This document shows, piece by piece, positions 1-19,535 of a stretch of 64,000 nt of DNA. The notes under the pieces are model-generated. The model worked only from the letters and a program-made list of their open reading frames with translations. It was not told the DNA's origin and did no database searches. The DNA comes from Octopus vulgaris. Its lineage: Eukaryota. The stretch spans positions 89,156,001-89,220,000 of the forward strand of contig OX597814.1 of assembly GCA_951406725.2 (NCBI GenBank), in the 5' to 3' direction. The position numbers and the translations under genes were made by a program. How positions within the stretch are numbered: the first letter of the stretch is position 1; each line of letters begins with the position of its first letter.

Positions 1-914
<914 letters not shown>

Positions 915-1729
915 GTGGCGACCCTGAAAAGCCATGGCTTTATGAGGACGTTGGCGCAGGTAGAGAGGAAGAAAAGAGAAGTTGAAAGGGCCTACACTCT
1001 CATTGCACCACACATGGCTTTGCTAAGCCAAGTCCTCAAGGTGGATAAAGACAAAGAGAGAGAGATGGAAACAGGAAACACCAACCACAGAGTGTCAAAA
1101 AATGACACACCCACAGCCACAGTCGAAGAAGGCAAGCAGGGCAAACAACAGATAGGCGGCGATGGGGAAACAGAAAATAACCAGCCGGATGAAAAGACCT
1201 ATGCAGAAAGGAACCAGTGGACAACCGTCCAACGGAGGAAGAAAAACAGAGAGGAACTGGGGACAAGAAAACCCAGATAACATGCAAATTCTTCCGGAAT
1301 GGAACCTGCTGGCATGGAGAAACAGGGGAAGGATGCAGGTTCGCTCATCCCAGGCCCTATGGAAATTGCATCAAACCCACTCGACCAAAATGCCTTAACC
1401 AAAACCAAGACCGAAACCAAAACCAGAACAAATTCAAGCTGCCCCAGAAATATGCAGACATAGTGCGGAATGCCCCAACAAGGAGAAGGCGCACATTTGC
1501 AGAGGAAATGCAGACGGCGGCAGCAGAACAAAGAAATTTTGTGGAAATAGCAGAGAAAATTGTGGGACAACTGGCCTGGATACATCGTCTTCAGAGCCAG
1601 GGGCACTCACAACAGCACTCAAGACCACCACAATCAAGGGACCCAGGGTGGCCACCGCTGACACCAGCCCAGGTGCCACACCGACAGCCTTTATTGACAC
1701 CCCAAATATCTCACCAGTGCTTCTGCTGA
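915..1729 (+). pseudogene. LINE ORF1 remnant (5'-truncated, frameshifted) with a CCCH-type zinc finger
   Basis: Charged helical segment in one frame to 1280, then CKFFRNGTCWHGETGEGCRFAH and a Q/P-rich tail in the 1217-1729 frame, overlapping ORF2. Confidence 0.7.
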
Positions 1730-4671
1730 ATGTCAGAGGTCTGGTGAAACCCACTAATATGAGTAAAATTCCTTACCTTAGGGACTTAAGCACAAGCAAC
1801 CATGCAATATGCATAGCGCTGACTGAAACGCACCTGTCAAGCAGTATAGCAGATGCAGAAATACACATACCAAAGTATACTGTTTTTCGGTCAGACAGGA
1901 AGGAAAGAACTCATGGTGGGGTTGCCCTGTACGTCCGTGAATATGTCACACCCATAGTACTGTTGACACACTCAAACTCAGTCTGTGACACACTGATAGT
2001 ACACATGAAACAACCGAAAATAGTAATATGTGTCACATATCGGCCACCAGACACCCCTAGTCATGAAGGAGTGTTTGAAGATAGCCTCAGAAGAATAGAA
2101 GAAGTCCTGGACAAACTGGACCAGGGTAACACCATTCTACTGCTGGGAGATTTTAACCTTCCGAAAGTCAAATGGCCAGATGGCCATCTCCTCCCTGGAA
2201 TGACATCACTTGAACAGAGACAGACAGAGTCCTTGTTGGCTCTCACACGCAAGTTTTTCATGGAACAAGCAGTGCTTCGGCCAACAAGAGGTGAGAATGT
2301 CTTGGACCTCTGTTTCACAAGCAACCCGATGCTCATCCACAACATAATGGTAACACCTACAATTCTCTCAGATCACAACTTAGTAGAGGTAATGATATAT
2401 GGTATGAGAGAGTTAGTTGAGACGCAGCCATTAGAAAATACCACAGGCCTATCCAGTCTAAACTTCCATAAGGCAAACTGGAAGAAGATCAACGAAGAGA
2501 TCCGAAAACATGACTGGAGTGACTTCATCACCACACAAGAGACCAACACACATTTCCAACATTTCATGACAACAATACAGAACATATGCCATAAGTTTGT
2601 CCCGGAGAAAAAAGCCAGCGGGCATAGGAACGTTATTCCCAGAGACAGGAAAATACTTATGAGGCGAAGAGCTAAGCTCTCGAAGCAACTGAATGCACGG
2701 CAGAGAAACAATGAGGGACTCCACCTGAAACTTTTTGAAACGGAAACTGCACTCAAACTTTCCTATGAGAAGGAGAGGGCAGAGAGAGAAGCCAGGGCCA
2801 TAGAGAATATTAAAACAAACCCTAAAGCTTTCTTTAAATTTGCGAAAGAAACCACCTCGGTACACTGCAAGATTGGCCCACTCTTTGATAAAAAGGGCTC
2901 TCTAACTGAGGACCCCCAAGGGATAAGTGAAATACTAAAGGAACAGTATAAAAGTGTGTTCACATCCCCTCTGGGGCACATGCAAATCACAAACCCAGAA
3001 GTTTTCTTTGATGCCACAACACTCCAAAACCAAACAACAACCATCGACCACATAGACATAACAGAGAGGGATGTAATATCTGCCATAGAAGAAATGAGAA
3101 TAAACTCAGCTGCTGGACCAGATGGATTCCCAGCAGTCCTCCTAAAAACATGCAGGCATGCCCTAGCGGGACCACTGAAGATGCTCTTCAGTGGTTCCTT
3201 GGCTAACGGTAAACTGCCCAGGGCGCTAAAAGAAGGCACCATATGCCCTATCCACAAAGGAGGGAGTAGAGCAGAGGCAAAAAACTACAGGCCAGTCTCC
3301 CTGACGTCACACATAAGTAAGGTCATGGAACGAATCATCAGAAAAAAACTGATCACGTTCCTCGAAGAAACTAACCGTCTCACTGACACACAGCATGGCT
3401 TTCGCCCAGGAAGAAGCTGCCTTACGCAGCTGTTACAACACTACGACTGGGTACTGAAACAACTACTGGATCGCTCACAGGTGGATGTGGTATATCTCGA
3501 CTTTGCGAAGGCCTTTGACAAAGTCGACCACGGAGTGATATGTCACAAATTACTCAGACTCGGCATAACAGGAAAAGTAGGTGAGTGGATACATGACTTC
3601 CTGAAGGACAGAAGCCAGATGGTTGCAGCCAATGGAGCCCTCTCGGGAAAGACACCAATAGCAAGCGGGGTGCCACAGGGCACAGTCTTGGGACCCTTGC
3701 TGTTTTTGGTGGCGCTCTCTGACATGCCCTTGGTAGCACAAACAACATCCCTCACTAGCTATGCTGATGACACAAAGGTAGCACAGGCAATCAAAAACCC
3801 AGCTGATGCTGACCTTTTACAACAAGATCTGGATGCCATATACAAATGGGCTGAAGACAACAACATGCAATTTAATGCTGGTAAATTTCAAGCCTTACAA
3901 TATCAAGCTGTAAACACATATACATTACAACACAACTATACTGGTCCAGGAGGGATCGAAATCCCAGTATCGAAATCAATACGGGACCTGGGGATAGACA
4001 TGAGTGACGATGCATCTTTTTCTTCACACATCGCGAAGGTGGCGACAATGTGCAGACGACTCACTGGCTGGATCCTGAGGACATTCCGGACAAGAGACTG
4101 CGAGACCATGTTGACACTATGGAGAACATTTGTCCTAAGCCGCCTAGACTACTGCTCCCAACTGTGGTCACCGCATAGTGTCAAACTAACCACAGAGCTT
4201 GAGACAATCCAAAGACATTTCACCAAGAGGATTTCCACCATGAAAGAAAAGAACTATTGGGAGAGGCTTAGGGAACTCAATTTGTACTCCTTGGAACGAA
4301 GACGAGAGAGATATGCAGTGATATACATATGGAAAATCCTGGAGGGACTAGCACCAAATTTTGGAATTGAGAGCTGTTCCAATCCCCGTACAGGTCGTCA
4401 CTGTGTGGTGCCAAAGGTCCCGTCTTCCACATCCAGGGTAAGGAGCAGATACTGTAATAGCCTGGGGTTCAGGGGCCCTCAGCTGTTCAACAAACTGCCA
4501 AGAAAACTAAGAGATCTACATGATGCGGATGTGGACATTTTCAAAGAACATCTAGACAAGCTGCTTTCCGGGATCCCAGATGAACCCACTGCAAGGTACG
4601 AAGGTAACCTAAGGGCAGCAGCTACAAACTCTCTCTTAGATCAGTGGCCAGCCACGGCAAACTGGACTTAG
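1648..4671 (+). CDS. LINE ORF2: apurinic-type endonuclease plus reverse transcriptase (~1000 aa, uninterrupted)
   Basis: APE motifs LNVRGL, LTETHL, YRPP, GDFN, LDL, SDH. RT motifs [42 protein letters not shown]-terminal [11 protein letters not shown]. True start uncertain (first in-frame ATG is 1759). Confidence 0.96.
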   Translation: MATADTSPGATPTAFIDTPNISPVLLLNVRGLVKPTNMSKIPYLRDLSTSNHAICIALTETHLSSSIADAEIHIPKYTVFRSDRKERTHGGVALYVREYVTPIVLLTHSNSVCDTLIVHMKQPKIVICVTYRPPDTPSHEGVFEDSLRRIEEVLDKLDQGNTILLLGDFNLPKVKWPDGHLLPGMTSLEQRQTESLLALTRKFFMEQAVLRPTRGENVLDLCFTSNPMLIHNIMVTPTILSDHNLVEVMIYGMRELVETQPLENTTGLSSLNFHKANWKKINEEIRKHDWSDFITTQETNTHFQHFMTTIQNICHKFVPEKKASGHRNVIPRDRKILMRRRAKLSKQLNARQRNNEGLHLKLFETETALKLSYEKERAEREARAIENIKTNPKAFFKFAKETTSVHCKIGPLFDKKGSLTEDPQGISEILKEQYKSVFTSPLGHMQITNPEVFFDATTLQNQTTTIDHIDITERDVISAIEEMRINSAAGPDGFPAVLLKTCRHALAGPLKMLFSGSLANGKLPRALKEGTICPIHKGGSRAEAKNYRPVSLTSHISKVMERIIRKKLITFLEETNRLTDTQHGFRPGRSCLTQLLQHYDWVLKQLLDRSQVDVVYLDFAKAFDKVDHGVICHKLLRLGITGKVGEWIHDFLKDRSQMVAANGALSGKTPIASGVPQGTVLGPLLFLVALSDMPLVAQTTSLTSYADDTKVAQAIKNPADADLLQQDLDAIYKWAEDNNMQFNAGKFQALQYQAVNTYTLQHNYTGPGGIEIPVSKSIRDLGIDMSDDASFSSHIAKVATMCRRLTGWILRTFRTRDCETMLTLWRTFVLSRLDYCSQLWSPHSVKLTTELETIQRHFTKRISTMKEKNYWERLRELNLYSLERRRERYAVIYIWKILEGLAPNFGIESCSNPRTGRHCVVPKVPSSTSRVRSRYCNSLGFRGPQLFNKLPRKLRDLHDADVDIFKEHLDKLLSGIPDEPTARYEGNLRAAATNSLLDQWPATANWT

Positions 4672-4748
4672 AGAGGGTAGCAACAAGGGCGGTGCCCCAG
4701 CATGGCCTCAGCCGGATGGCTGAAACAAGTAAAAGAGTAAAAGTAAAA

Positions 4749-7147
<2,399 letters not shown>

Positions 7148-7238
7148 ATTTTAATCCAAACGGGAAACAAAAAAACAACAACAATGGAACAATTACAGTA
7201 TTATTATTAATAGGCGCTCAGGAAATGGAAGCAGGGAG

Positions 7239-7273
7239 GTATGACGTTTCGAGCGGAGCTCTTCGTCGGAAAC
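7239..7273 (-). ncRNA. Minimal type I hammerhead ribozyme core (CCGANGA variant)
   Basis: Minus strand reads GUUU-CCGACGA-A-GAGC-UCC-GCUC-GAAAC-GUC-AUAC: 4-bp stem II, palindromic ACGU stem III, GUC cleavage triplet, stem I with one mismatch. Confidence 0.7.
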
Positions 7274-7393
7274 ATAAAGAAGGAAGAGAGAGGAAAGAAA
7301 GATCCCAGAGCGGGCAGCGGAGATAGAGAAAAACGACTGGTGTTAGGAGTTACACATGGTGAAAGGCGGATGTTTACGATAACAAGAGCAAAG

Positions 7394-7791
7394 TGGGTTT
7401 TTAAAGGCAAAAGAGTGGAGACAAGGTTGGTAACGCAACAGATGTGTGTGTATGTGTGAGTGTGTGCGTGTGCGTGTGTGTATATGTGTGTGTGAGGCGA
7501 GATAAAAAAACAAAAAATATATGTATGTGTTAGTGTGTGCGTCTGTGTGTAGGCGTGTGAGGTAGGGCGAGACGGTGGTCAGCATAGCAGCATGGGTTTT
7601 TAAAGGCAAAAGAGTGGAGACAAGGTTGGTAACGCAACAGATGTGTGTGTATGTGTGAGTGTGTGCGTGTGCGTGTGTGTATGTGTGTGTGTGAGGTGAG
7701 ATAAAAAAACAAAAAATATATGTATGTGTTAGTGTGTGCGTCTGTGTGTAGGCGTGTGAGGTAGGGCGAGACGGTGGTCAGCATAGCAGCA
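7394..7791. repeat. Tandem duplication, 2 x ~199 bp
   Basis: tgggtttttaaaggcaaaagagtggagac... starts at 7394 and 7593; the copies are nearly identical. Confidence 0.92.
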
Positions 7792-8199
7792 GCATAGCAG
7801 ACAAAGGTCAGTAGTAAGAAAAGGGAGGAAGGAGGAAGGGAGGGAGGGGAAGGGGTGGGGGCGTATGTAGCGTGCCAGCGTGTGTTGAGTAGTAGTGTGT
7901 GTGTGTGTCCAGTGTCGTGGTAGTATTAATGGCGAGTAGATTGAATGTGTGTAAGAGTAATGTATATGTTTAAGCAATGTGTGTATATGTGTGCGCGTGT
8001 GTGTAACGAAAAAAGGGGGGGGTTAAGGAAAAGGACTCCAGCGGAGAGGAAGATGGAAGAGTGGTCCCGCGGAGACGGGCGCGGGAAAACCCAACGACAA
8101 GCGACATCCCAGGAACGGGCGGGAGGTCTCGTCGGGTCCAAGGGCGAGGTGCATGCGGCGCGCATGCGTGCGCGAACCGGCGCGCCTGCGAGTGTGCGC

Positions 8200-9282
8200 G
8201 TACGTATGTGTGTGTGTGGATGTGTGAGTGTGTCTGTGTGTATGTCTGGGTGGCAGTGTGTCCGATGAATGTATGTGAGTATGTGTGTGTATATGTGTGT
8301 GCATAGATGTATGTCCGTGTGTGTGTGTGTGTGTATGTGTATGAGTGTGTATGTATGTACGTGTGGGTGTGGGGAAGTGTGTGTATGTGCATGTGTGTGC
8401 GCGAACATACAGGTGTGTGAGTGAGTGCGTGTGTGTGTATGTATGTGTGAGTGTGTATGTATGTGTGTGTAGGATGCATGTATGTGTATGGGTGTATGTA
8501 TGCGTGTGTGTATGTATGTATGTGTACGTGCGTGTGTGTGTGTGTATGCGTGTAGGTGTGCGCGTGTGCATGCATGTATGTGCGTATGTGTGTGTGTGTG
8601 CATGTGTGTGGGTATATATGTATGTGCGTATATGTGTGTGTATGTGCGTACATGTGTGTGTGTATGCATGTGTGTGTGTAGGTGTGTAGGCGTGTGTGTA
8701 TAGGTGTATGTATGTAAGTATGTATGGGTGTGTCCGTGTATGTGTGTATGTATGTGTGTGTATGTAGCTGTGTGGGCGTGTGTATATGTGTGTGTATGTA
8801 GGTGTGTGGGCGTGTGTATATAGGTGTATGTATGTATGTCTGGGTGTGTCCGTGCATGTTTGTGTGTGTGTGTGTATGCATGTGTATGTAGGTGTGTGTG
8901 TACGTGTGTAATGTATGTGTGTATGTAGGTGCGTGTGTATGTGTGTGGGAGTGTAGGTGTGTGTGTGCGTGTGCGTGTTTATGTTGGTGTGTGCGTATGT
9001 GAGTGTGTATGTGTGTTTGTCATGCATGTGTGTGCGCGTGCAGGTGAGTGTGTGTGTAAGTATGTGTGTGTGTATGTTTGTGTGAGTGTGTATGTGTGTA
9101 TGTCTGTGTGTATGTATGTGCGTATAGGAGTATGTAGGTATGTGTGTGTGTATGTATATGGGTGTATGTATGTGTGTGTGTGTGCATGTGTATAAGTATA
9201 TGCGTGTGTGCGTATGTGTGTGTATGTGTATGTGTGTGTGTGTGTATGTATGTGTGTAGGCGTGAGTGTGTAGATGTATGTA

Positions 9283-9323
<41 letters not shown>

Positions 9324-9635
9324 GTAGATGTGTGTGTCTGAGTGAGGGTATGGCTGTGTAGGTGTGTGTGTGTATGAATGTAAGTGTGTGTGTGTATACA
9401 AGTGTAATGTATGTATGTGTGTGTGTGTGTGTGTGTGCGTGTGTATGTGTGCGTGTGTATGCGTGTGAGTGTGAGTGTATGGGTGTATGTCTGTGTGTGT
9501 GTATGTCTGAAGTGGGTATGTGTGTGTATGTATGTGTGTGTGTGCGGGTATGTGTGTGTGTGTATGTGTGTGTGTGAGTAGGTGTGCGTGTATGTATGTG
9601 GGTAGGGATGCATGCGAGTGTGTGGGTATGTATGC
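8200..9635. repeat. Degenerate (GT)n/(GTAT)n microsatellite
   Basis: Seen directly. Confidence 0.95.
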
Positions 9636-9809
9636 AAACATACGCATGCGCACATCCGAAGCAAGCCCACACACACGAAGCGCGCTCACGCACACAGCGC
9701 ACAAGCAGTACAACGCAAGCCCAAAGGGGCCGACCGAACCCCCAGCGCGCGCCAAGGCGCCCGAGCGCAAGGGCCCTCGAACGCCCCGCTACACGGGAAC
9801 CGAGGATCC

Positions 9810-13229
<3,420 letters not shown>

Positions 13230-13304
13230 AATCCAAACGGGAAACAAAAAAACAACAACAATGGAACAATTACAGTATTATTATTAATGGCGCTCAGGAA
13301 ATGG

Positions 13305-13352
<48 letters not shown>

Positions 13353-13572
13353 ATATATATGTATATATATATTTGTATGTGTATATATATATATACATGT
13401 GTGTGTAGAGAGAGAGAGAGATGTGAAAAGAGGAGGTGTGGAATATAATAAGTACCTTGCAGTAAAAACTATTATAGATTCTATTTTCTACATAGCAGAC
13501 CGTTACATAAACAGGCAAAGGTAATCTTTCGTTTTAACTTGAAATAATGTAAACACTGAATCGGCCATACAT

Positions 13573-13603
<31 letters not shown>

Positions 13604-13879
13604 TACATACACACACATACATACACACATACATACATACACACACACATACATAGATAGATACATACACACACATACATGCATACATACATATACACAT
13701 ACACCGAGTAAAAAATTTCAATTATCTCTCTCTTTCACACATTACTCTCTCTGTCTCTTCACACACACTAACAGAAGCACTTCACTTACACAACATACTC
13801 TCTGTCTCCCACACCCCATCAAACACACACACACACACATGTACATCAATGCTTCCCATGCACGGTAATTTCAAAAGAA

Positions 13880-14040
13880 CTTCCCTCGTCATACAATCGC
13901 TTTCTCTTAGTCTCTTTCGCTCTCATTACTTCAAAAGTTCCCACAAGCCCATATGTAAAAAAAAAAGTTTTTTACAGAAATCGCCGGAAACGTCTACTAG
14001 AGACGAAAGATCGCCACTGAGGCATGTTCATGTGGAACAC
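13880..14040. promoter_or_regulatory. Possible promoter or first non-coding exon (small CpG-containing unique patch with an ETS-like CCGGAA)
   Basis: Local CpG cluster (tcgccggaaacgtc...gacgaaagatcgcc) in non-repeat DNA. The EEPD1 ATG exon has a splice acceptor, so an upstream exon must exist. Location is speculative. Confidence 0.2.
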
Positions 14041-15882
14041 AACTTTTTTTCTTTTCTCTTTTTTTTTCTAAGGATATAAAGATTATATACCATGGAGAAG
14101 AGTGGTGTGAGATTTATGTAGGCAGCAGACTGACATAAAAAAAAAATAGGGTTAAAGTAACTGGTTTAACCAGTGTAATAATGTACTTTTGTTAGAATTT
14201 TTCATGGATCCACTTCTAAACCTCAATGCTGTCTCAATAAATATGTGAAATGTTCAGATATCAGTGACCTCCACATCAGCTTTTCACTAGAAGACCTCCT
14301 GCTAATCTACAATTCTAACATATTTGAAAGAGACCTTTGACCTTCTGTTCGGAACCTAACTTAAAATATTCTCACTTTCTTTGGTTTCCACTTTATATTG
14401 TATACTTTTGTGTCAGTAACACATTTAAGATTGCATGCCAAAGGTAAAGTTTCTTTTTCTATACAAGAAAATAGTTTATCTCTGAAAAGTAACTGATCTT
14501 CTGCAAAGCACACATGCAATATGGTGTACTGCTCACATAGTTGGAGTTTTGCAGCTTCTTTATACACAAATGTCCAAGAGTACATTTCAGAAGATACACC
14601 CTTTCAGCTGATTGATACTCTATCTTTGCTGTTTCCACCTTTTGTTTATCACCAAAATTACAACACCTAAAGTTTTTGATGTAGGCATATAAGCTACAGC
14701 CTAGCACCTTACAATGCAGAGGAGCACCAATATTGTGAAACCTTCTGGTGTAATTTTTTAACCAGGCACCTCCAAGCCTTACATAGCTTAGGGTCTCACT
14801 AAGTTTAACTCTGGCAATGATCCCTGTCTATGTTTTAGCTCAGCTGTTGAACGGCACAAACTTAAATTGACAACTAGCTGTATCACATTGTCAGTTTGGG
14901 TAGATCAAAAAGAGAACTTCCCACTACAATCAGCTAGAAATAGCAGCCAGATTTTCCTCAGATCATATCCAATCATCTTACAAAAAAAAGGATACTACTT
15001 TGATTATGTAAAAAAAAAAAAAAAAAAAAAGACAGGATGGCATGAATGTCTATATCATTGGAGCTGATTTGGGAGTGAAGAAATGTACTATGTGACCATT
15101 TAATTCCTACAAAAAGCTATACTGTTGTGGTGGGAAATTAACTATGACTATATAGCTAAAAGATTGTGACTGGGAATGGTTGAGTGAATCAAATACCACC
15201 AGATAAGCAGCTGAGATGAGCAATTTTGACGGTTTCATTTGGTATTGCGTGCATGTGTGTGTGTGACTGGTAGGCTATATAATTCACCAGTCTGACATCT
15301 AAAAGAAATATTGAATTTTAAGACTTCACAGTTAGTGGATTGCTATTACTTTAGTAGATTCCAATGGATGTACATTATCAGCTTGATAGCTATAATGTAT
15401 GCAAGTGAATGGAAAAGTTCTATGTTAGCAATGGTGTTTCCTGCATGAATGTGAGACATGTAGTATATGCCTAAAATATGTAAATAAATGCAAATAACAA
15501 ATCTGATTTTAATAGAAATCTTTTGTTTTCATGAGAGGCAACTGAAAGGTATAGACATACTATATTCTTTTATTCTTTTTCTAGCTTCAGTCATTTGACT
15601 GGCCATGCTGGAGCATCACCTTAGGGGGTTTTAGTCAAAGAAATCGACCCCAGAACTTATTCTTTGCAAGCATAGTACTTATTCTATTGATATCTTTTAC
15701 CAAACTGCTAAGTTATGGGGACATAAACACACCAGCATCAGTTGTTAAGTGATGGTGGGGGGGGGGGACAAACACAAACACACATAAATACATATATATA
15801 TGTGCAGGCATAGCTGTTGGGTAAGAAGCTTGCTTCCCAACCACAGAAACTGAAAGAATCCCATCGTATACATATGTATATA

Positions 15883-16249
15883 CTAGCTGTTGGACCCGGC
15901 TTGGTTCGTGTTTTCCATGTTGAAGTTAAGCCCACCTCTGACCTTGTATTGAATAAGCATTTCCTTAGAGACAATTCTATTGTTTTTGTTGAAATTTTAC
16001 ACGTGAAAAAATGCAAAAGCTGCAGGAAAAATAACATCATTATGGGAATTTCCATTCAAATGTTCAATTGAGCTCACAAAAATCGGTGTCAAATGAGCAT
16101 TATCAAGTTTTCGAAAAATTCCGGCCTTATTTGAACTTCAGGGCATGTGATCTACCTATGTACCATAAATCATTAAAATCGGTTGGACAGTGTGGGAGGA
16201 GTTAGAATAACCCCAAACAGACACACATAGACAGACACCATTACGTTTA

Positions 16250-16250
<1 letters not shown>
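15883..16250 (-). mobile_element. Non-autonomous Helitron-like element
   Basis: Minus-strand 3' end is a GC-rich imperfect hairpin plus CTAG|T at 15883. The 5' part has ctgtct repeats and an aactcctccca motif like the element at 36692. 5' end lost in microsatellite. Confidence 0.55.
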
Positions 16251-16284
<34 letters not shown>

Positions 16285-16420
16285 CTATATATGTATGTAT
16301 ATATAAGTTGCTTAGAGGATATGTTAACCTCATAAAGGAATGGTTATGTCCAAGGAAATTCTGGTTGTATACCAAGTATTTTGGGGAAATGAAATTTCTT
16401 TTTATCTATAGGTATATATT

Positions 16421-16907
16421 TAGAATAAAATTCATGTTCAGTTAAATGAAGGAAAGAAAATGGAGAGTTAAGATAATAATAGTTAGTTATTATTAAAAAA
16501 CTAGTAATCTTTACTTCTTATGGCCTTTTCCATTAGAACTCAATAGGAAATTGCAAAATATACTATAAATTTGCATTTATATGCTGTGACCATAATTTCA
16601 TCAGAGAAAAAGATATACATTAAGATATTACATGCTGACCTTTCTATTCATGCAAGCAGAATGTATATTTTTTCTCGGATGAAATTATGCTCATAACATA
16701 TAAATACAAATTTATGACATAAATTATGCTCATAACATATAAATTCAAATTTACGACATAAATTTGCAATTTTCCTATTGAATACAAATGAAAACAGCTG
16801 TAAGAGGTAAAGCTTACAATTTTTTAATAATGAATAATTATTATGATCTTATGACCGTAACTCTCCCTTTTCTTTCCTTCATTTAACTGAACATGAATTT
16901 TATTCTA
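16421..16907. repeat. Imperfect ~200-250 bp-arm inverted repeat with decayed hammerhead-like motifs (Penelope pLTR-like)
   Basis: tagaataaaattcatgttcagttaaatgaaggaaagaaaa (16421) is mirrored by ttttctttccttcatttaactgaacatgaattttattcta (ending 16907); centre near 16640. Confidence 0.8.
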
Positions 16908-17629
16908 TATATTTCTGTAAATGTGCCTTCGTCTTTTGTCTATTTTCATAAAGCTTCCCATCATATATTCCCCTACCTCATATTTTAACACCCTGCCAAA
17001 TGGAGTAGAAAGCCAGCCGATGTTCAGATAAGCAAACTTGTTTTTCAACCTAGCACACATCTAAACCTCTTTGTTTCAATGCAGATCATAATTACCTTCT
17101 TATTTCAGTTCATTATTCTATCTATGTAAACACAGTTTCGTCTTTCAACTATACAGTTAGAGAAAAAACTTAAGATCCCTTCGCCTGATCCAACTCTCCT
17201 TCTTTCTCTCTCTCTCTTTCACGCTCATTTATTATTGTCATTTATTCATTCATTTACCTAATTTTGTCACAGTTTGGCTCACCAAAAACTCTAGGTTATA
17301 TAGCTCAAGTTTAAAAATTCAAATGCCCAATTCTATCTCATTATTAACATCAATATTCTCTCACACTGGCAGCCTGAATTTTTGTTGTTTCGCGGTACGA
17401 CAGCCCTTCCCATCCCCACCACTTGTACCAGAAGTCTTTATCCTCTGACCTCAATCGGATGTCTCTCCCTTGAACACCTCCAAAGGCTTAATGTTCCCCC
17501 ATCCCTACTTAGGGTTTATCTTCTATGTAATGTAGTGATTATGTAGCACATAAAAATGATGGTGTAGTGTATGCAGGTTGAAGGCTATTGTATGTTAATA
17601 AGTTCTGCTAAATGCGAGCTTTCTTTTCA

Positions 17630-19535
17630 GGTACATGACGCTGCTGTCCCCCATCCGAGAGTCTCGTGGGCCCACATCTCCCACACCCTCAGGGTTGGTA
17701 CACTTAATGTTGGCACACTGAAAGATAGGTTTGGTGAGATTGTTGAGATGCTTGAACAGAGACATGTAGATTTGTGCTGCATTCAAGAAGGTAGAGAAGT
17801 TCTGCTAGGTTCCTCACAGGCAAATAACATAGGTATAAGATTTTCTGGGCAGGGAACACTGATGGGGTCGGGGGCATGGGTATACTTCTTGCAGAGAAAT
17901 GGTTTGATAAGGTCATTGAAGTAGTCAGAGTCTGTAATAGAATACTTAAGATTAGATTAGTGCTGCATCATGGGTTAGCAACCATTATCTCAGCCTAGCC
18001 GGGGCTACCTGATGAACAGAAAGACTGAGACTACCTTGTTGACTAATGACAGGGACCTTCTCTGTGTGGCTAGCAACTTCAATGGCCATGTTGGACAACA
18101 TGCAGGGGGCTTCCATGGCATACATGGAGGTTATGGTTTTGATTCCTGCAATGAGGAGGGAACCAGGCTGCTGGAATTCTGTGATGCAAATGATCTTATG
18201 GTTTGTAATACAAACTTCAGGAAAACTGCCAGTCACCTATTCACCTACCAATCTGGTAGACACACTAGTCAAATTGATTACATCCTCACCAGGAAATGGG
18301 AAAGATGGCTACTTATAAATGCCAAAACCTTCCCAGGTGAAGAATGCAACCTACAACATAAATTAGTAGTTAGCGACTTCAGGATCAGGGCTAAATGGAT
18401 GTCCAGAAGAAACCAGCAGGAAGAAGATGGGTCTGAAAACTTAAGGATCCTGTGAATGGACAATGATTTAGAGACATATTACTCAAAGCTTTTGATGAAA
18501 TAGAGGAGGATATAGTATCACATGATGTGGAAGACAACTGGAGGTTTCTACGAGACAACCTGTTGAGGGCTACTTACGAGATCTGTAGATGATGCAAAGT
18601 CCCCTTTCAACCCAAGGTAACATAGTGGTGAAACAATGTAGTTGACAGGGCCATTAGGGAAAAGAAACAGGCTTGGAAGGACTGAAAGAATGATAGTAGC
18701 AAGGAATTGTATCAGACGGCCAGAAGGGAAGCTAGGGAACAGGTTTATTTAGCCAGAGGGGAGGCAGGTAAGAAAATATTTGCCAATGTTCTGCGTTGTG
18801 AGGACCAAAGACTTGAGGTATTTTGTGTTGCAAGACAGTGTGTGAGAGAGAATTGTGATGTCATAGGAGAGAAATGTGTTCGCATGGATGATGGCTCACT
18901 TGCATTTAATGAAGCTGAAGGAGAGAGACATGGAGATGCCACTATGAAAGGTTGCTAAATTAAAAGAATGAATGGGAGAAAGAGTGTTTGCCGAATGTCG
19001 ACCCAACAGAGGGACCAGCTATCCAAATTGACAGTACCTTGGTAGATAAAGCAATTAAGGATATGAAGATAGGGAAAGCTCCCTCCCTGGCCCATCAGGA
19101 ATCACTGCAGAGATGCTTAAAATATCTGGCGGTGTCAGTTATAGTCTAGTCACCCGTATAGTCAATCAGGTGATACATGAAGGAGTCATACCCAATGACT
19201 GATGTAGCAGCACCATAGTCAACTGCTACAAAGGTGAAGGTGATGCATTAGAAACAAATAATTACAGAGGTATCAAGTTTTTAGATCAGATAATGAAGGT
19301 CACAGAGATGGTCATAGCCCAACTAATTAGGAAGAAAGTCAGTTTAGATGAGATGCAGTTTATAGTCACATAAAAAGCACCCATTACATTCTCAGAGTGG
19401 TTGGCATTAGGAAGGGCATCCAGCTGTAGAAACTTTGCCAGTTCAGACTGGAGCATGGTGCAGCCATCCCTCAGTCAAAGTGTCCAACCCATGCCAGCAT
19501 GGAAAGCAGACGTTAAACGACGATAGTAATGATGA
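17630..19535 (+). mobile_element. Decayed RTE-clade LINE with internal deletion (APE plus RT N-terminus joined to the 3'UTR)
   Basis: VGTLNVGTL, DLCCIQE, FNGHVG, SQIDYIL and NYRGIK motifs with many stops and frameshifts. Breaks at DEMQF (~19360) and continues into the family 3'UTR and (GAT)n-like tail. Confidence 0.88.

Larger units (their letters stand above)
915..4750 (+). mobile_element. Non-LTR retrotransposon (CR1/L2-group LINE), 5'-truncated, inserted in the (TA)n array
   Basis: ORF1 remnant, intact APE-RT ORF2, short 3'UTR ending in a GTAAAA-type tail (aagtaaaagagtaaaagtaaaagt). Both ends abut (TA)n. Confidence 0.93.

Noticed and set aside
2061-3755. Minus-strand ORFs within the LINE, and likewise plus-strand ORFs within the Gypsy element
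   Set aside because: Antisense shadows of real coding frames.
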